The notes below the pieces were generated by a model. The model searched no databases and was not told the origin of the DNA. It worked only from the letters and a program-made list of their open reading frames with translations. A stretch of 64,000 nucleotides of DNA from Eledone cirrhosa (lineage: Eukaryota), in contig OZ024759.1 of NCBI GenBank assembly GCA_964016885.1, positions 26,536,001 to 26,600,000 on the forward strand, given 5' to 3'. The translations under genes and the position numbers were made by a program. This document shows, one piece after another, positions 1 through 13,607 of the stretch; positions within the stretch are counted from its first letter, which is position 1, and each line of letters begins with the position of its first letter.

Positions 1-73
1 GAAGAAATCATCAGGAAACCTATGTATTGAGTACCTTACTTACTGTGGTTACCCCCAATTGAACCCAGGATAA

Positions 74-110
<37 letters not shown>

Positions 111-214
111 AACAGCTAACGGTGTCATATCCCAAGTAGCAGAAATAGTGTTGACTCGTATCGCCTACTCGCATTCTTCTTTTTTTTTATTATTATTAGG
201 ACGGAGGATCCAGA

Positions 215-380
215 GGGCGGTGGATTGGCAGTATCGGTAGAGAGTCGACCGCCATGCTTTCTAGCATGAGTTCAAATCCCGCCGAGGTTAACTTTGCCTT
301 TCATCCTTACGGGGTCGATAAAATAAAGTACTAGTAATGTACTGAGTAATTGGTGGCCTTGTGCCAAAAGTAGAAACAAT
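215..380 (+). mobile_element. tRNA-derived SINE family S1 (Meta/Sauria-like central domain), representative copy
   Basis: A-box-like tggcagtatcgg, B box gagttcaaatcc and core ttaactttgcctttcatccttacggggtcgataaaataaagtac. More than 20 copies in the window. Confidence 0.85.
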
Positions 381-1128
381 TATTATTTTCGTAATATTTA
401 TTTTATTTTGTATTTGGCTTTTTAAACTTTCTATTTGTCCACCATTTGTATTTAACCTTCTAGCAGTTCTGTTTCCTCTTTCTTTCATTGTTAAATCAAA
501 TTCTTTCTTTCTCTCTTTCTTTCTCTTTCTTTCTTTCTTTGTATCTTTATTCATTTATTTATTATCACATTCTCTTTCTTTACACTTGAGTCCTCTTTTG
601 TTTCTTCTTTTTTTCCTTTCTCTATTTATTCACTGCGTTTCTTTCACGTAGTCTTTTTTCAACATTTTCCCAGTAGCCTTTCTACTCAGTCGTTTGACTT
701 CATTTTCTTTCCTATGTTGTTTTAATTACCTCCTTCTATCCACCTCCAACTCATTCAATACAATTTCCTTCCTATGTTATACTTATTCTCTCAGGGCCTC
801 ATTTTTTATACATTATTTCACCTTCGTTTTCATATATTCATTCAGTTCACTGTCCACACATACATATCATCTCCACCAACGCCACAATATAACCACCATC
901 ACCATCATCACCATCATCATATCAATACATACATCTTCCTCTCCCCCTATCTCCCTTTTACAAACACTCATTCTCTTTCTCCCTCTCTCGCGCTCTCTTA
1001 AATTCATTTTTTCTTTCTCATACACCCTCCTTTTCTCTCTCTTACATACACTCTCCCTCCCTTAAATTCTGTTGTTTCTCTCCCAGACACACTCTCACAC
1101 TGTCTTACACTTTCTTTCTGTCACTCCA

Positions 1129-1193
<65 letters not shown>

Positions 1194-1317
1194 ACTATTT
1201 CTTTCATAAATGATATGGCACCAATCCTAGGGTACCGTTTGTAAATGAAAGTTGTTAAGTAAACGTTGGCAACAAAACCAACAGACAGTTAAGTTCAAAG
1301 TCCAAATAATGAGACAC

Positions 1318-1428
<111 letters not shown>

Positions 1429-1471
1429 AAAACAGAGAGTTTACAGTGCTGAGAACACAAATCATGGGTGT

Positions 1472-1505
<34 letters not shown>

Positions 1506-2528
1506 CAGTGAGCAATGTACACACCCTTCTATATACACATCACCCCACCACCATCAGCCACAAAATCAAACGTAGAATATAAAGACTTAAGATAAATACT
1601 CTCAAATATTTTCTACAGAGTTTTAACAATTTTGTCCTTCAACCTTCTTAATTATATCTCAATGAAACTATGTTATAGTGTTGTTGTTGCTGTTATTGTT
1701 GAGGATGTTTTGTTGTTGCTGTTTTTCATGATGTTGATAGTGATGTTGTTGTTGTTGATAATGGTGTTGATGTTATTGTTATTGTTTCTGATGATGATGA
1801 TAATGATATTTGTGACTATAATGTACATGATGTTGTTAATGATGCTGATAATGATGATGTTGATGATAATGATGATGTCGTGATATTTATAGTGATGATG
1901 TCGTGTTGGATGTAGATGATGCTGTTGATGATGATTCTTTTGATATTCTTGTTTATGTTGTTGTTGCAGCTGTTATTGTAGATGTTGTTGTAGATGTAAC
2001 ATAACCTATATAAATAAATAATTATCATATACTGGTATAGAGATCGATATTGACATAGTTATTATTTCGATTAGGAGGGCCCAATGGACGTGGTGTCCTC
2101 AGATCGATAATAAATTACTGAAATGGCATTGAATTACAACGTTTACATCGTTGAAGACCCATTTTAGCTATCTGAAACACACACACATATACCTACACAT
2201 ATACACGTACACACATACACACATACCTACATATATGTATACATACATACATACATACACAACTACACATATATACATACAGCTACACATACACATACAT
2301 ACACAACTACACATACACATACATACATACACAACTATAGATACATACATACATACAACTACACATACAACTACACATACATACATACAGTCAGTCAGTC
2401 AGTCAGACAGACAAAGGGCGAGTACGGTTTGTTTGGTTTGGCAGGAGTCAAGGGTATAGGTTGGAATTCACTTTAAGGTGCTTACCGGGGGGCAGGAGAC
2501 TAATTAGAGCAATAACGGTTTTATTTAC

Positions 2529-2577
<49 letters not shown>

Positions 2578-2580
<3 letters not shown>

Positions 2581-2765
2581 AAGGCGGGTAAAATTCTCGA
2601 TATCCATGGACGAGTTCTCTCCAGCGGTCTCTGTCCCTCATTATCGCTGCCATGTCCTGTGTCTCCAACAGACCAGTGTCTGTCCTTAGGGCATCAACAT
2701 ACGTTAACCTTGGTCTTCCTCTTCTAGTGTGTCCATGTAGGGGCTCCCTATGTAAATAAATTATG
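2578..2765 (-). mobile_element. RTE-X-like LINE 3' fragment
   Basis: Minus-strand EPLHGHTRRGRPRLTYVDALRTDTGL...RDRDRWR. A shorter copy at 9638-9730 abuts (TCTA)n. Confidence 0.65.
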
Positions 2766-2798
2766 GTTCATATATTGAAACTTAGAAAACACACACAA

Positions 2799-2840
<42 letters not shown>

Positions 2841-2912
2841 ATGTGTGTGTGTGTTTTCTAAGTTTCAATATATGAACCATAATTTATTTTCATTCTTCTA
2901 TAACATACATAT

Positions 2913-2963
<51 letters not shown>

Positions 2964-4554
2964 CATATGCGTATAAATAAGTGTATACATATATGTATAT
3001 ATATATACATATGTGTATACATATAAATATGTATATGTGTATACATATGTATATATATATATATATATTTGTATATGTATGTAATTATATATATTTGTAT
3101 ATGTATGTAATTATATATGTATATATATGTATATATATATATATATATTAGAAAGATCGAGTATCGAAAAATCGGCGCACGAGTTCACGATAAACGAAAT
3201 TCGATATATATATATATATGTATATATATGTATATGTATGTATATATATATGTATATATACATATATATGTAATAGACTCCAATATAGATGCACACACAC
3301 ATGCACGTTCGCACAAACTAGTACGTTTCACATTCAATTTTCATTTGAATTTTGAAGAAAATACCTTTACTTTTTATGAGATGCTACAACACAGGTTTAA
3401 CAATAACATGGTTGGACATTCTGAGCCCTATAAACCAACAAAGACGGGAACAATGTAAGACAGGTTTCGTAAAGGTGACATTGTCCACTTTCTGAAGACA
3501 CAACAACAACAACAACAACAAGAGTCACATTCTTTTGATTCTTCTAGTCAAGATAGAATGGCGGTATGTGTAAAGATAAAGTCTAAATCGAAGTTAATTT
3601 AAACTTTTTCTTAAGTAAATTACCCTACCGAGTGATTGCCTGAATCCTAAAATTCGTAGATTTTGGTATTGATTGACTACATCAAAATCTTTTACGCTGT
3701 GGTCGTTGACACAATCGAAAGATCAATAATCAATATTGAATTACTTTGCATTAGGTACAGTATAGTAAGAGATAAACAAGTTTATAGTGATAGGATTACG
3801 TGAGCAAATGGTGATTACCGCTCACAGCTCTATTACTGATGTCTATTAAGAAACTACGTTACTAGCTTCAGACAAAAAAAATATACAAAGACATTGAATA
3901 ATGTATCCTTAGATATACTGTGTTTCTGTGGTGGAGAAAATGAATTATCAGTTTTTAACTAATATTGGTGTGTATCTCTGTAAATTCTACTTTATTTAAA
4001 TGGGCGTCTGTTTGTATATATATATATATATATATAATTGGTATAAATCGATGTTGTTGCCGCGGTAGACCATAAATATACACACACACACACCCACACA
4101 TACATATATATATATATATGTGTGTATATATAAAATACCAGACCTCATTCGCTTAACGAGTGGGGTAAAGCTCGTCAAATCGGACGGAGGAAACAATGTT
4201 TCCCTTGGCCCTTCCAATTGCTAATAATATCTACTGGTGGCAAATCTGCACCATATATATATATATATATATAAAGAGAGAGAGATTTATATATCATATT
4301 TAAAATTCTGATTAGCTTACTTGCTTTTTACTCTTTATATATAGTGCAGATAATAAGGGTCTTTGTCCGTGATACGTAGAGGTTACCTTCTAACGCCGCC
4401 AGGATAAACCGGTTTAAGCAATCCAAAAGCTTTTCACGCCAGTCGTATATATATCTACCGATATGCTGGTGATTTGGTGTGACGGAGTTTCTATTTACGA
4501 AATGTTGCTAAGACTATGCAATAGATTAATTGTGTAAAAAGTAGCCAGCACCAA

Positions 4555-4774
4555 CAGTTTTGCAAGAAATGTCAACATGAATGGACTTGTTATTTTTATC
4601 TAAAGACATTTTTTCAAATTCCAACCCGCCCTCAATCTATCTCATTTCTCATTCTTTCTTCTGATGAAGGACTAGCGTCTGAAACCTTAAGACCCTGTTC
4701 CTGCTATATCAAGCGTTAACCTAATATATCCCTTCCATATACTGTACCGATTGTGTTGTTATTTCTGTTTACCT

Positions 4775-4780
<6 letters not shown>
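4555..4780 (+). mobile_element. Penelope-like element 3' end with hammerhead motif (family C)
   Basis: tctt CTGATGA aggac-tagc-gtct GAAAC ctt aaga at 4657-4692. The element ends in (TA)n; a second copy is at 18236-18463. Confidence 0.6.
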
Positions 4781-4805
<25 letters not shown>

Positions 4806-4806
<1 letters not shown>

Positions 4807-4992
4807 GCGGTGGTTTGGTAGTTTCGGTAGAGGGTCGGACGCCATGCTTTGCAGCATAGAGTTACACCCCTTTATGGTCTGAGTTCAAATCCCGCCGATG
4901 TTAATTTTGCCTTTCATCCTTACGGGGTCGATAAAATAAAGTACCAGAAATACACTGGTGTATTGCTGGCCTTGTGCCAAAGATAGAAACAA

Positions 4993-4993
<1 letters not shown>
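4806..4993 (+). mobile_element. SINE S1
   Basis: Full-length copy with the same core. Confidence 0.85.
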
Positions 4994-5032
<39 letters not shown>

Positions 5033-6229
5033 GTGTGTGTGTGTGTGTGTATTATTGTGCATATGTATGAATATGTCACGTCCTTTCTTTAGTCTTTTCA
5101 AATAAAATGTAGTCAGAGGTCTTTACCATCAAATATAACATCCCTCTCGTTTCGTCACAGAAATGGCTCATAGAGAGATTGGCAATCAATTGTCAGTCTT
5201 TATTCACTAGCAATTACTCATTATTTCATCATCATAAAATAAAGTACCAGTAATGTACTAGGTAATTGCTGGCCTTGTGCCAAAAGTAGAAACAATTATT
5301 TCATCATCCGGCGGCCTCAGCCGAAATCGTCTAAACAATTGATGTCCACGTGGGTATGTCGTTCATTGCCGTTGCCAAGTCCTGGATTTCAATACCAGAA
5401 CCTCTGGAGATGACATCGGGGTAGGAGTGCTTGCGCTCCCTGTTATTAGTGACTGTTTGTGGTTTCCAAAGCACTAATGGGGACACAGCCTCATAAGTGG
5501 CACGATGGCAGTGGCCAGCAAATTGGGATAGGAGAGCTTGCACCCCTGTTACTAGTGACTGCTTGTGGTTTCCAAAATACTAATGGGGACATAGCCTCAG
5601 AGGTGGCAAGATGGCAGTGGCCAGCAAATCTTACTCCTCTTTTACGTACAACGACAGATATGCGTGGGAGGCCGGCATATCTCTTTCTCAAAGTCAAATG
5701 TCACCAGCTTGTGTTTACTATTAATATTTACTCGTTGTTACGCTGCTCGACGTAGGATTCCTGGAAAGGCTACTATGTTGTGGTCTTGGGTAAAACACTT
5801 TATTTCACGTTGCTCCTCTACATTCAGCTGAAAGTTAGTACTAGTAGTAGCTGGTGAGTTAACCTTGCGACGGACTGGTGTCCTCTCCAAGGAGAGTCTT
5901 GTTCTCTCAGTTATTTTAAGCCAACCCCAAGGAAACGGGGAATTAGCACCGGTCTGATGAGCTTCCTGGCTCGAGACTGAGTTTAGACTTTTTAATGTGT
6001 ACTAATAAGAAAAGACTCCCTCCTGGCCAGGACTATACTCCATCGTAAAGTTAACCCACCGGCTATTGCTGGTACTTGTTTTTAGCTGAGTGTACAGGTG
6101 CGACGTGAAATAAAGTGTTTTGATTAAGAACACAACACACAACCCAGTCTAGGGATCAAAACCACGTTCAACACTCTTTCCACTAAATCACGTGCTTCCA
6201 CTTTCATTTATTAACCTTCACTCATTAAT

Positions 6230-6605
6230 AATTGTTTCTACTTTAGGCACAAGGCCAGCAATAACCCAGTACATTACTGGTACTTTATTTTATCTACCCC
6301 GTAAGGATGAAAGGCAAAGTTAACCTCGGCGGGATTTGAATTCAGACTGTAAAGGGACGTAACTATGCTAGAAAGCATGGCGTCCAACCCTCTACCGAAT
6401 GATTTCTAGTATAGGCACAAGGCCAGTGATTTGGGAGGAGGGGAATCGATTAAATCGAACCCAGTGGATTACTGGTGCTTTATTTTATCGACCCCGTAAG
6501 GAGGAAAGGCAAAGTTAACTTCGGCGGGATTTGAACTCAGACCAAAAGTTCTGTGCTGCAAAGCATGGTGTCCGACGCTCTACAGATACTGCCTATCCAC
6601 CGCCC
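6230..6605 (-). mobile_element. Two tandem SINE S1 copies
   Basis: Two reverse-complement cores (gtaaggatgaaaggcaaagttaacctcggcgggatttgaa). Confidence 0.85.
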
Positions 6606-7521
6606 TCCTTCACACATTAATAATACCTACTCTGGATTATTGGTTTTTATTCTGGATTAATAAGAAGTTTTCATTCAATTAATTATCATCACAGTTTCTC
6701 TCTTAGTGTGTTCTCTATACGAAAAGCTAGAATGCTTTGTCTTCGAATCAGTGAACATATAATTCCTAAGTGCACTGGCTAAACTACAGGCCTTGTATTT
6801 GGGAATGGAATAATTCAGCTGGGGCCTCCAGGTCTTAACTGGACACAAATCAAGTTACAGGAGGGAGACAAACAATCGATATATTAAAATGCATAGACAT
6901 AATAATAATAATACAAATAATACTCTTGATAATAATGATAACGCTCGGTAATGCAGTGATGATAATGATAATAATGCTAATAATAATAATGGAAAGTCCC
7001 CTTTTATTATTTACTAAATACTTTAGCTCAGGAATATGTCCCCTGTCGATGTAAAGACATTTAATGTTCAACAACTGCGCGATAGCAAGTCAACATCTAA
7101 TGCCTCATGTGGTAATGGATATATAATGCAGTTAGTTTTGATATTTAATTCAATCTGGATTCATTTGTATTCAGCATTTAAATTTCAGATTTCCCAACGG
7201 GGAAGAGATCTTCTGGAATATATTTTCATATTCATTTATATTTATCATATTAAACGTTCTATTTGTGATGCTGTCGTTTAGAGAATTGTGCAGGCGTTAA
7301 AGTGGAAATCAATTGGCGATGCTTTAATTGTAACAACGTTTATTGGTACTACTGATCGCAGCTCAGTGATATATATATATAAATACCTTAAGCCAGTGTT
7401 AATGCCTGATGGCTAAAAACGACTTGCCCTTTTTTTTTTAACGCCAGCCGACAAAATAGCCCCTCTACCTCCTTCCCACCCCACCCCTACCCCTCCTCAA
7501 CCTGAAACACGGCCACTATGG

Positions 7522-7551
<30 letters not shown>

Positions 7552-7554
<3 letters not shown>

Positions 7555-7745
7555 AGTTTATCCCGGGTTCAATCGGTGGTAACCACAGGAAGTAAGGTAC
7601 TCAATACATAGCAGAGTATAAATATTTAATATAGAAATAGCTTCTACAGGACTAGAATTGTTTCATTCGGGAGAAATCATTAGGTCTTTCTGAGCTCTTG
7701 CCGTTTCAACAGCTAGTTCCAATATGGAACTAGCTGACTCCTTGA
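7552..7745 (-). mobile_element. Family A element joined to a family B-related fragment
   Basis: Family A tail and hammerhead-like core at 7552-7685, followed directly by ctgagctcttgccgtttcaacagctagttcc-aatat-ggaactagctg. Confidence 0.55.
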
Positions 7746-7751
7746 TATATA

Positions 7752-7787
<36 letters not shown>

Positions 7788-8271
7788 CATCAATGATTCG
7801 TGTACGTCAGTAGTCGTCTTTTTCCCTTTCTTAGAAGGTTCTAAACCCCACTATCAGATGAAAATTTGTTTAGTCAAAAGATTACGGCGAAAGCTTGTAT
7901 TTCTAATTTCAAACTCGCTCGCTGTTTCAAAACAGACTTACTTTTCATATATATATATATATATATGTTCGACCTGTTTGTATATATCGATGTTGTATTA
8001 GGTTAACTTTGCCTTTCATCCTTACGGGGTCGATAAAATAAAGTACCAGTAATGTACTGTTGAAATTGCAGGCCTTGTGCCTAAAAGTAGAAACAATTAT
8101 TATCGCAACATGCTTTTCGTCGCTGTATTCTTCGATTCACACTTTATTAACTTCTTGTGGCTCCTCTGATAGAAAACGTATTTACTTTTCTCACATTGAG
8201 TGCTTTCACCTGCCTCAAACAATTCGGTTGGAATCTGCTATATTGCGGTTACAACTTCGATTTAACCACAT

Positions 8272-8276
<5 letters not shown>

Positions 8277-8317
<41 letters not shown>

Positions 8318-8867
8318 AATATATATATATATATATATAGTAAATGTATATATATATATATATAGTAAATGTATATATATATATATATAGTAAATGTATA
8401 TATATATATATATAGTAAATGTATATATATATATATATAGTAAATGTGTATATATATATATATATAGTAAATGTATATATATATATATATATAGTAAATG
8501 TGTATATATATATATATAGTAAATGTATATATATATATATAGTAAATGTATATATATATATAGTAAATGTATATATATATATATAGTAAATGTATATATA
8601 TATATATATATAGTAAATGTATATATATATATATATATATAGTAAATGTATATATATATATATATATAGTAAATGTATATATATATATAGTAAATGTATA
8701 TATATATATATATATAGTAAATGTATATATATATATATATATATAGTAAATGTATATATATATATAGTAAATGTATATATATATATATATAGTAAATGTA
8801 TATATATATATAGTAAATGTATATATATATATATATAGTAAATGTATATATATATATATAGTAAATG

Positions 8868-8920
<53 letters not shown>

Positions 8921-8957
8921 AATCTATATATATATATATATATATATATAGTAAATC

Positions 8958-8988
<31 letters not shown>

Positions 8989-8992
8989 AATC

Positions 8993-9023
<31 letters not shown>

Positions 9024-9027
9024 AATC

Positions 9028-9058
<31 letters not shown>

Positions 9059-9062
9059 AATC

Positions 9063-9093
<31 letters not shown>

Positions 9094-9127
9094 AATCTAT
9101 ATACATATATATATATATAGTAAATGT
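8277..9127. repeat. Minisatellite (TA)n-GTAAAT(G/C)
   Basis: Dozens of agtaaatg/agtaaatc motifs spaced by variable TA runs. Confidence 0.95.
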
Positions 9128-9346
9128 AAAGACTCCCTTCGGTCACGAATGACCATGGGATTTGTACCTAGAAAGTTCCCCTCCGAGGCACATGTCCGGG
9201 CAAGGTTGCTTGTGGAAGACCAGCAGTTGCCCATGCATACCAGTCTCCCCTCTCTACGCCACCAATGTCGTCCAAGGTGAAGGCAAAGGCCGATACAGCT
9301 TGGCACCAGTGAGGTCGCAATTGTTTTCTACAGCTGAATAAACTGT
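9128..9346 (-). mobile_element. SINE family S3 (RTE-like tail), partial
   Basis: Homologous to 58066-58310 (ggcaaaggccgatacagcttggcaccagtga). Confidence 0.7.
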
Positions 9347-9364
9347 AATAGAGAGTTAATAAAT

Positions 9365-9638
<274 letters not shown>

Positions 9639-11425
9639 AGGGCGGGTAAAATTCCCGAGAATCATGGATGAGTTCTCTCCAGCGGTGTCTGTCCTTCACT
9701 GCTATGTCTCGCGTCTCCCAGAGACAGATTCTAGTACCGTGCTGAATGAAGGACACAATGTGCCACCTCGTCTGGGTATCGAACCCAGAACTATACGATC
9801 CTTATCCCAGCTTTCTAACCACTTGAGTCTAGCGGTTAGACCAACATCTTTCACTTTATATTATTTCACAGTGAAAAAGAAAATTATTATTTAAATATGA
9901 TTAAATGATTCTAACTATTTAATGACAGAACAGATTAGTCTTAATTAATTCAGAAATAAAATAAAATAATCAATAAATAAAGTATTGAATGGTAATCAAA
10001 AGAAAAACAAAACAAAACAAAATAAAATCACAAGAAAACATTTCATAATTAATAAATAATTATGAAATGATGAATGAGAACAAAAACAACAACAACAGCA
10101 TACAAACACAAAGACACCGATGACGATGATGGTAATGATGATGAGGGTGGTGGTGATGGTGGTGAGAGTGATGAAGGTGAGAGTGATGGTGGTGATGGTG
10201 GTGAAGATGATGACGGTGATGGTGATGATTATGGTGATCGTGTTAATGTTGGTAGTGATGATAATGATGGTGATGGCGGTGATGTTGATGATAATGGTGG
10301 TGGGGATGAGGATGATGGTGATGAGAGTGAGAAAGGTGGTGAAAGTGATGGTGATGGAGACAGTAATGGTGGTGATGGTGGTGAGTGAGGAAGGTGGTGG
10401 TGGTGATGGGCACGATAAGAATCAAAGTGTAGAATCCGTTTGTGTCCATTGTTTTATTTTGTTTTTGTTTGTTTTTTGGGTTTTTTTTCGGAATCTGATC
10501 TTAACATTGATAACGAATTGACATACAGGTGACATACAATGATAGATCGATTATATCGATTTATACATTTTGTAGAGGGGGCGGCGGCAGAGGAGGAAGA
10601 AACTAAGTAGAAGAAAAGGAAATAGAAGAATGAAGAGAGGAAACGAATCAAGAAAAACAAGAGTTATTAGGTTGTAATAAATTAATTAGTAATACTTAAA
10701 TTACGTTATAATTAGGAATGTGTATGGAATTAATTGACAATTAATTAACTGGTTAACTGGAAGTTTAGAAAGTCAAGATTATTACACTGGGGGAGACATA
10801 CACACATTAAGGTACACACACACTCACACATTCAGATACTCACACACATACATTCAGATACACACGCACACACAAATACACAATTACACTCAGACTCATA
10901 CACACACACACTCATAAACAGAGACACGCACTCAAACACACTGAAGCACATACACTCAGACACGCGTACGACGCACACACACTCACAATACACACACATA
11001 CTCAGACACACACACATATACAAGCACAAACACACAAACACACAAACAGTAGTTGTTTCTCTTACAGAATACTAGCTTGAATAATAGTTTTACTGGTCTT
11101 ATAAGTGAACCGTTTCTGTTTAAGTTCATTATTCTCACTGACAAATAAAGACATTTATCTGTCTATCTATATGTCCCTCTTTATCTCTATCTATCTATCT
11201 CTCCCTCTATCTCTTTCTCTCATTCTCTCTCTATCTATCTCTTTCTCTCATTCTCTCTCTATCTATCTATCTCTGTCTCTCTCTCTCTCTGTAAGTGATA
11301 TTTCATGGTTTCAAACTTATTGTATGTTCTATATGATGTTTCATTTTTCATGTAAGATACCTAATTCACTATAGCAAGAATGATATCTCTGCTTCGGTGA
11401 ACAGAAAACATTTTATACTCATATC

Positions 11426-11456
<31 letters not shown>

Positions 11457-11459
11457 ATA

Positions 11460-11860
11460 TGTACATATGGCAGTGTCATGAATCTTGGGTAATGACCGAA
11501 AGAATAGGATCGCGAATACATGCGGCTGAAATAGGGTTCCTCCTAGGGGTCTTTGGAGTAATGCTATTCGATAGAGTGCGTAGCTCGGGGATTAGAGAGT
11601 CACTTCAATTAGAGCCGCTACTTCTCGGAATTGTGAGATCACACCTCCATTAAAATAGACATGTGTTTAGAATGTCTCTGGAAATAATCGCTGGAAAGAT
11701 TTTACATGCATATCCAGCTGACAAGAGACCTATGTGTAGACTCTAAGTATGATGGATGGATAACATCCACGAGCTTGGCTAGTTTCGCTCCGGGATCCAA
11801 CCAGATCAAATGGAGGCGTTTGGTACTCATGTCCCCACGATCCTCCTGGGATAGTTATCG
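11460..11860 (+). mobile_element. RTE-clade LINE fragment (decayed)
   Basis: HESWVMTERIGSRIHAAEIGFL...RVRSSGIRESLQLEPLL; stops follow. Confidence 0.75.
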
Positions 11861-11876
11861 AAAAAAATTATATATA

Positions 11877-11925
<49 letters not shown>

Positions 11926-11926
<1 letters not shown>

Positions 11927-12345
11927 GGATAAAATTTATTTGTTTAGATCAGTGTGAAAAAATAATTTAAAGCAAGTAAGATTGGGTACCAAAGTATTTT
12001 TCTCAATATGGTCCTTGTATGGGTTACAATAATAGTCCAAAAAGAGGGACTAAATTATAATATCCAGGTGGAAGATCACGGAGTAATAATATATTTAAAT
12101 TTATAGGAAAAACAAACACTAGGCGTGAAGTATAGAAAAGAAGTGAAGAATGTAATCAAAAGTTCATTCTTTAACACATGTTTCAATACAGTATAAGCCT
12201 AGGAGTTCTGGTTACATATTAATATTATTATGATGCCCATTCACTAGCAATACGTTAAATACTGCATTTCATCAGAAAGATTTCAAAGTTCGAGATTCTT
12301 CACTTCTTTTCTATACTTCATGCCTAGTTTTTGTTTTTCCTATAC

Positions 12346-12350
<5 letters not shown>
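11926..12350 (-). mobile_element. Fold-back element, family D
   Basis: Inverted arms at about 12096-12151 and 12295-12350 around the long-stem hammerhead; TA-flanked. Confidence 0.65.
12169..12279 (-). ncRNA. Type I hammerhead ribozyme motif with extended stem II (family D)
   Basis: Minus strand reads cttt CTGATGA aatgcagtat...(long insert)...atactgtatt GAAAC atgt GTT aaag. The base of stem II is 10 bp, stem III contains palindromic ACATGT, and the triplet is GUU (suboptimal). Confidence 0.7.
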
Positions 12351-12389
<39 letters not shown>

Positions 12390-12467
12390 GCACGCACATG
12401 TATATACAGAAAGAGAGAGAGAGAGAAATTTATACTGATACCTTCATTTCAAATGTTTTTGTATTTG

Positions 12468-12544
<77 letters not shown>

Positions 12545-12546
<2 letters not shown>

Positions 12547-12668
12547 CAAACAAAGTATGGTAAGATACCAGGTGAACCATAACGTACCAGAGTACTCGGT
12601 ACTTAGGATAGTAGAGTGGGATAATAGGAAAAGAGTAAGGACCCTGATTCTGGGGTCCTGAGTCTTTT

Positions 12669-12672
<4 letters not shown>
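12545..12672 (-). mobile_element. Fold-back element, family B-related subfamily
   Basis: Same tail (gtatggtaagataccaggtgaaccataacg...) with a short palindrome taggaaaagagtaaggaccc / ggggtcctgagtcttttccta. Confidence 0.65.
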
Positions 12673-12701
<29 letters not shown>

Positions 12702-13287
12702 TCTGCTTTCTGAGTATCAGTCTACAGTCTAGTACTGGGGCTGATTCTTCTTCTATATCTCTTTCTCATTTCCCTTCTCTCACTTTCTATCTTTCTCTGG
12801 AAGAAATATGCTGAACTCAGGCCTGGAGAGGGAAGGGCTCTGCCAGGCGTAAAATGCCCAAGAAACGCCATACGTCTCTATCAAGAGTTATGGGACCATA
12901 CATATATTCTGTATTTATCATTGTTGTTATATATGTATGGCCACTGCCTTCGGTCGATTTTCTTCGTGTCACACATTTTAACTGTTGTGTTTACTCTGTA
13001 CGGCAATGTATTAACATAACCGCTCTATCGAGTGCTTTGTTATTGCCTCAAACAACTCGAATAGTACCTGCTCGATTTATATTCATACCTAATATATATA
13101 TATATACATTCGGTATATAAGGATGAAATTCACATCTAGCACTCAACGTCATATTACTTCCTAAAAACAAGCATCACTGAGTATATTAATAAAGAGGAAA
13201 ATGCGAAGTTGAACGCTATATATATATATATATATATATAAGTAGAAGGGGTATTTAATTTGTTGGAAATCCGACAAATATAAATAT

Positions 13288-13564
13288 AAATGTTTATAAC
13301 TGATTTAGAGCACTCAACAAGTTCCTGGAGTAAATATTCAATGATATTAAATAAATGGAAACTATATTTATAAAACCATATTTATTTTTGACTACCCAGA
13401 GAATATCCAACTGATAAGGTATGATTTTCCTGGGTATGTCTCTATTTATAAAACAAACTTTGTATTTTATCTGAAGAAAGCGTACCAAAGTCTTTTGGTA
13501 CCCTTGAAATATATATAATAAAATAAATATGGTTTTATAAATATAGTTTCCATTTATTTAATAT

Positions 13565-13570
<6 letters not shown>
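13288..13570. mobile_element. Fold-back element, family E
   Basis: Inverted arms at about 13339-13390 and 13520-13569, with the hammerhead in between. Other copies at about 35340-35425, 42377-42589 and 47930-48175. Confidence 0.7.
13465..13523 (+). ncRNA. Minimal hammerhead ribozyme motif (family E)
   Basis: ttttat CTGAAGA aagcgtaccaaa-gtct-tttggtaccctt GAAAT atat ATA ataaaa: stems I and II pair, with an AUA triplet. Confidence 0.75.

Positions 13571-13607
<37 letters not shown>

Noticed and set aside
215-290. tRNA genes at SINE heads (also 59771-59840)
   Set aside because: A and B boxes are present but run into SINE bodies; the copies are many and diverged, with no intact cloverleaf.
10074-10410. 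Asp/Gly-rich or His-rich protein
   Set aside because: A degenerate (GAT/GGT)n tract with no complex coding sequence or splice support.
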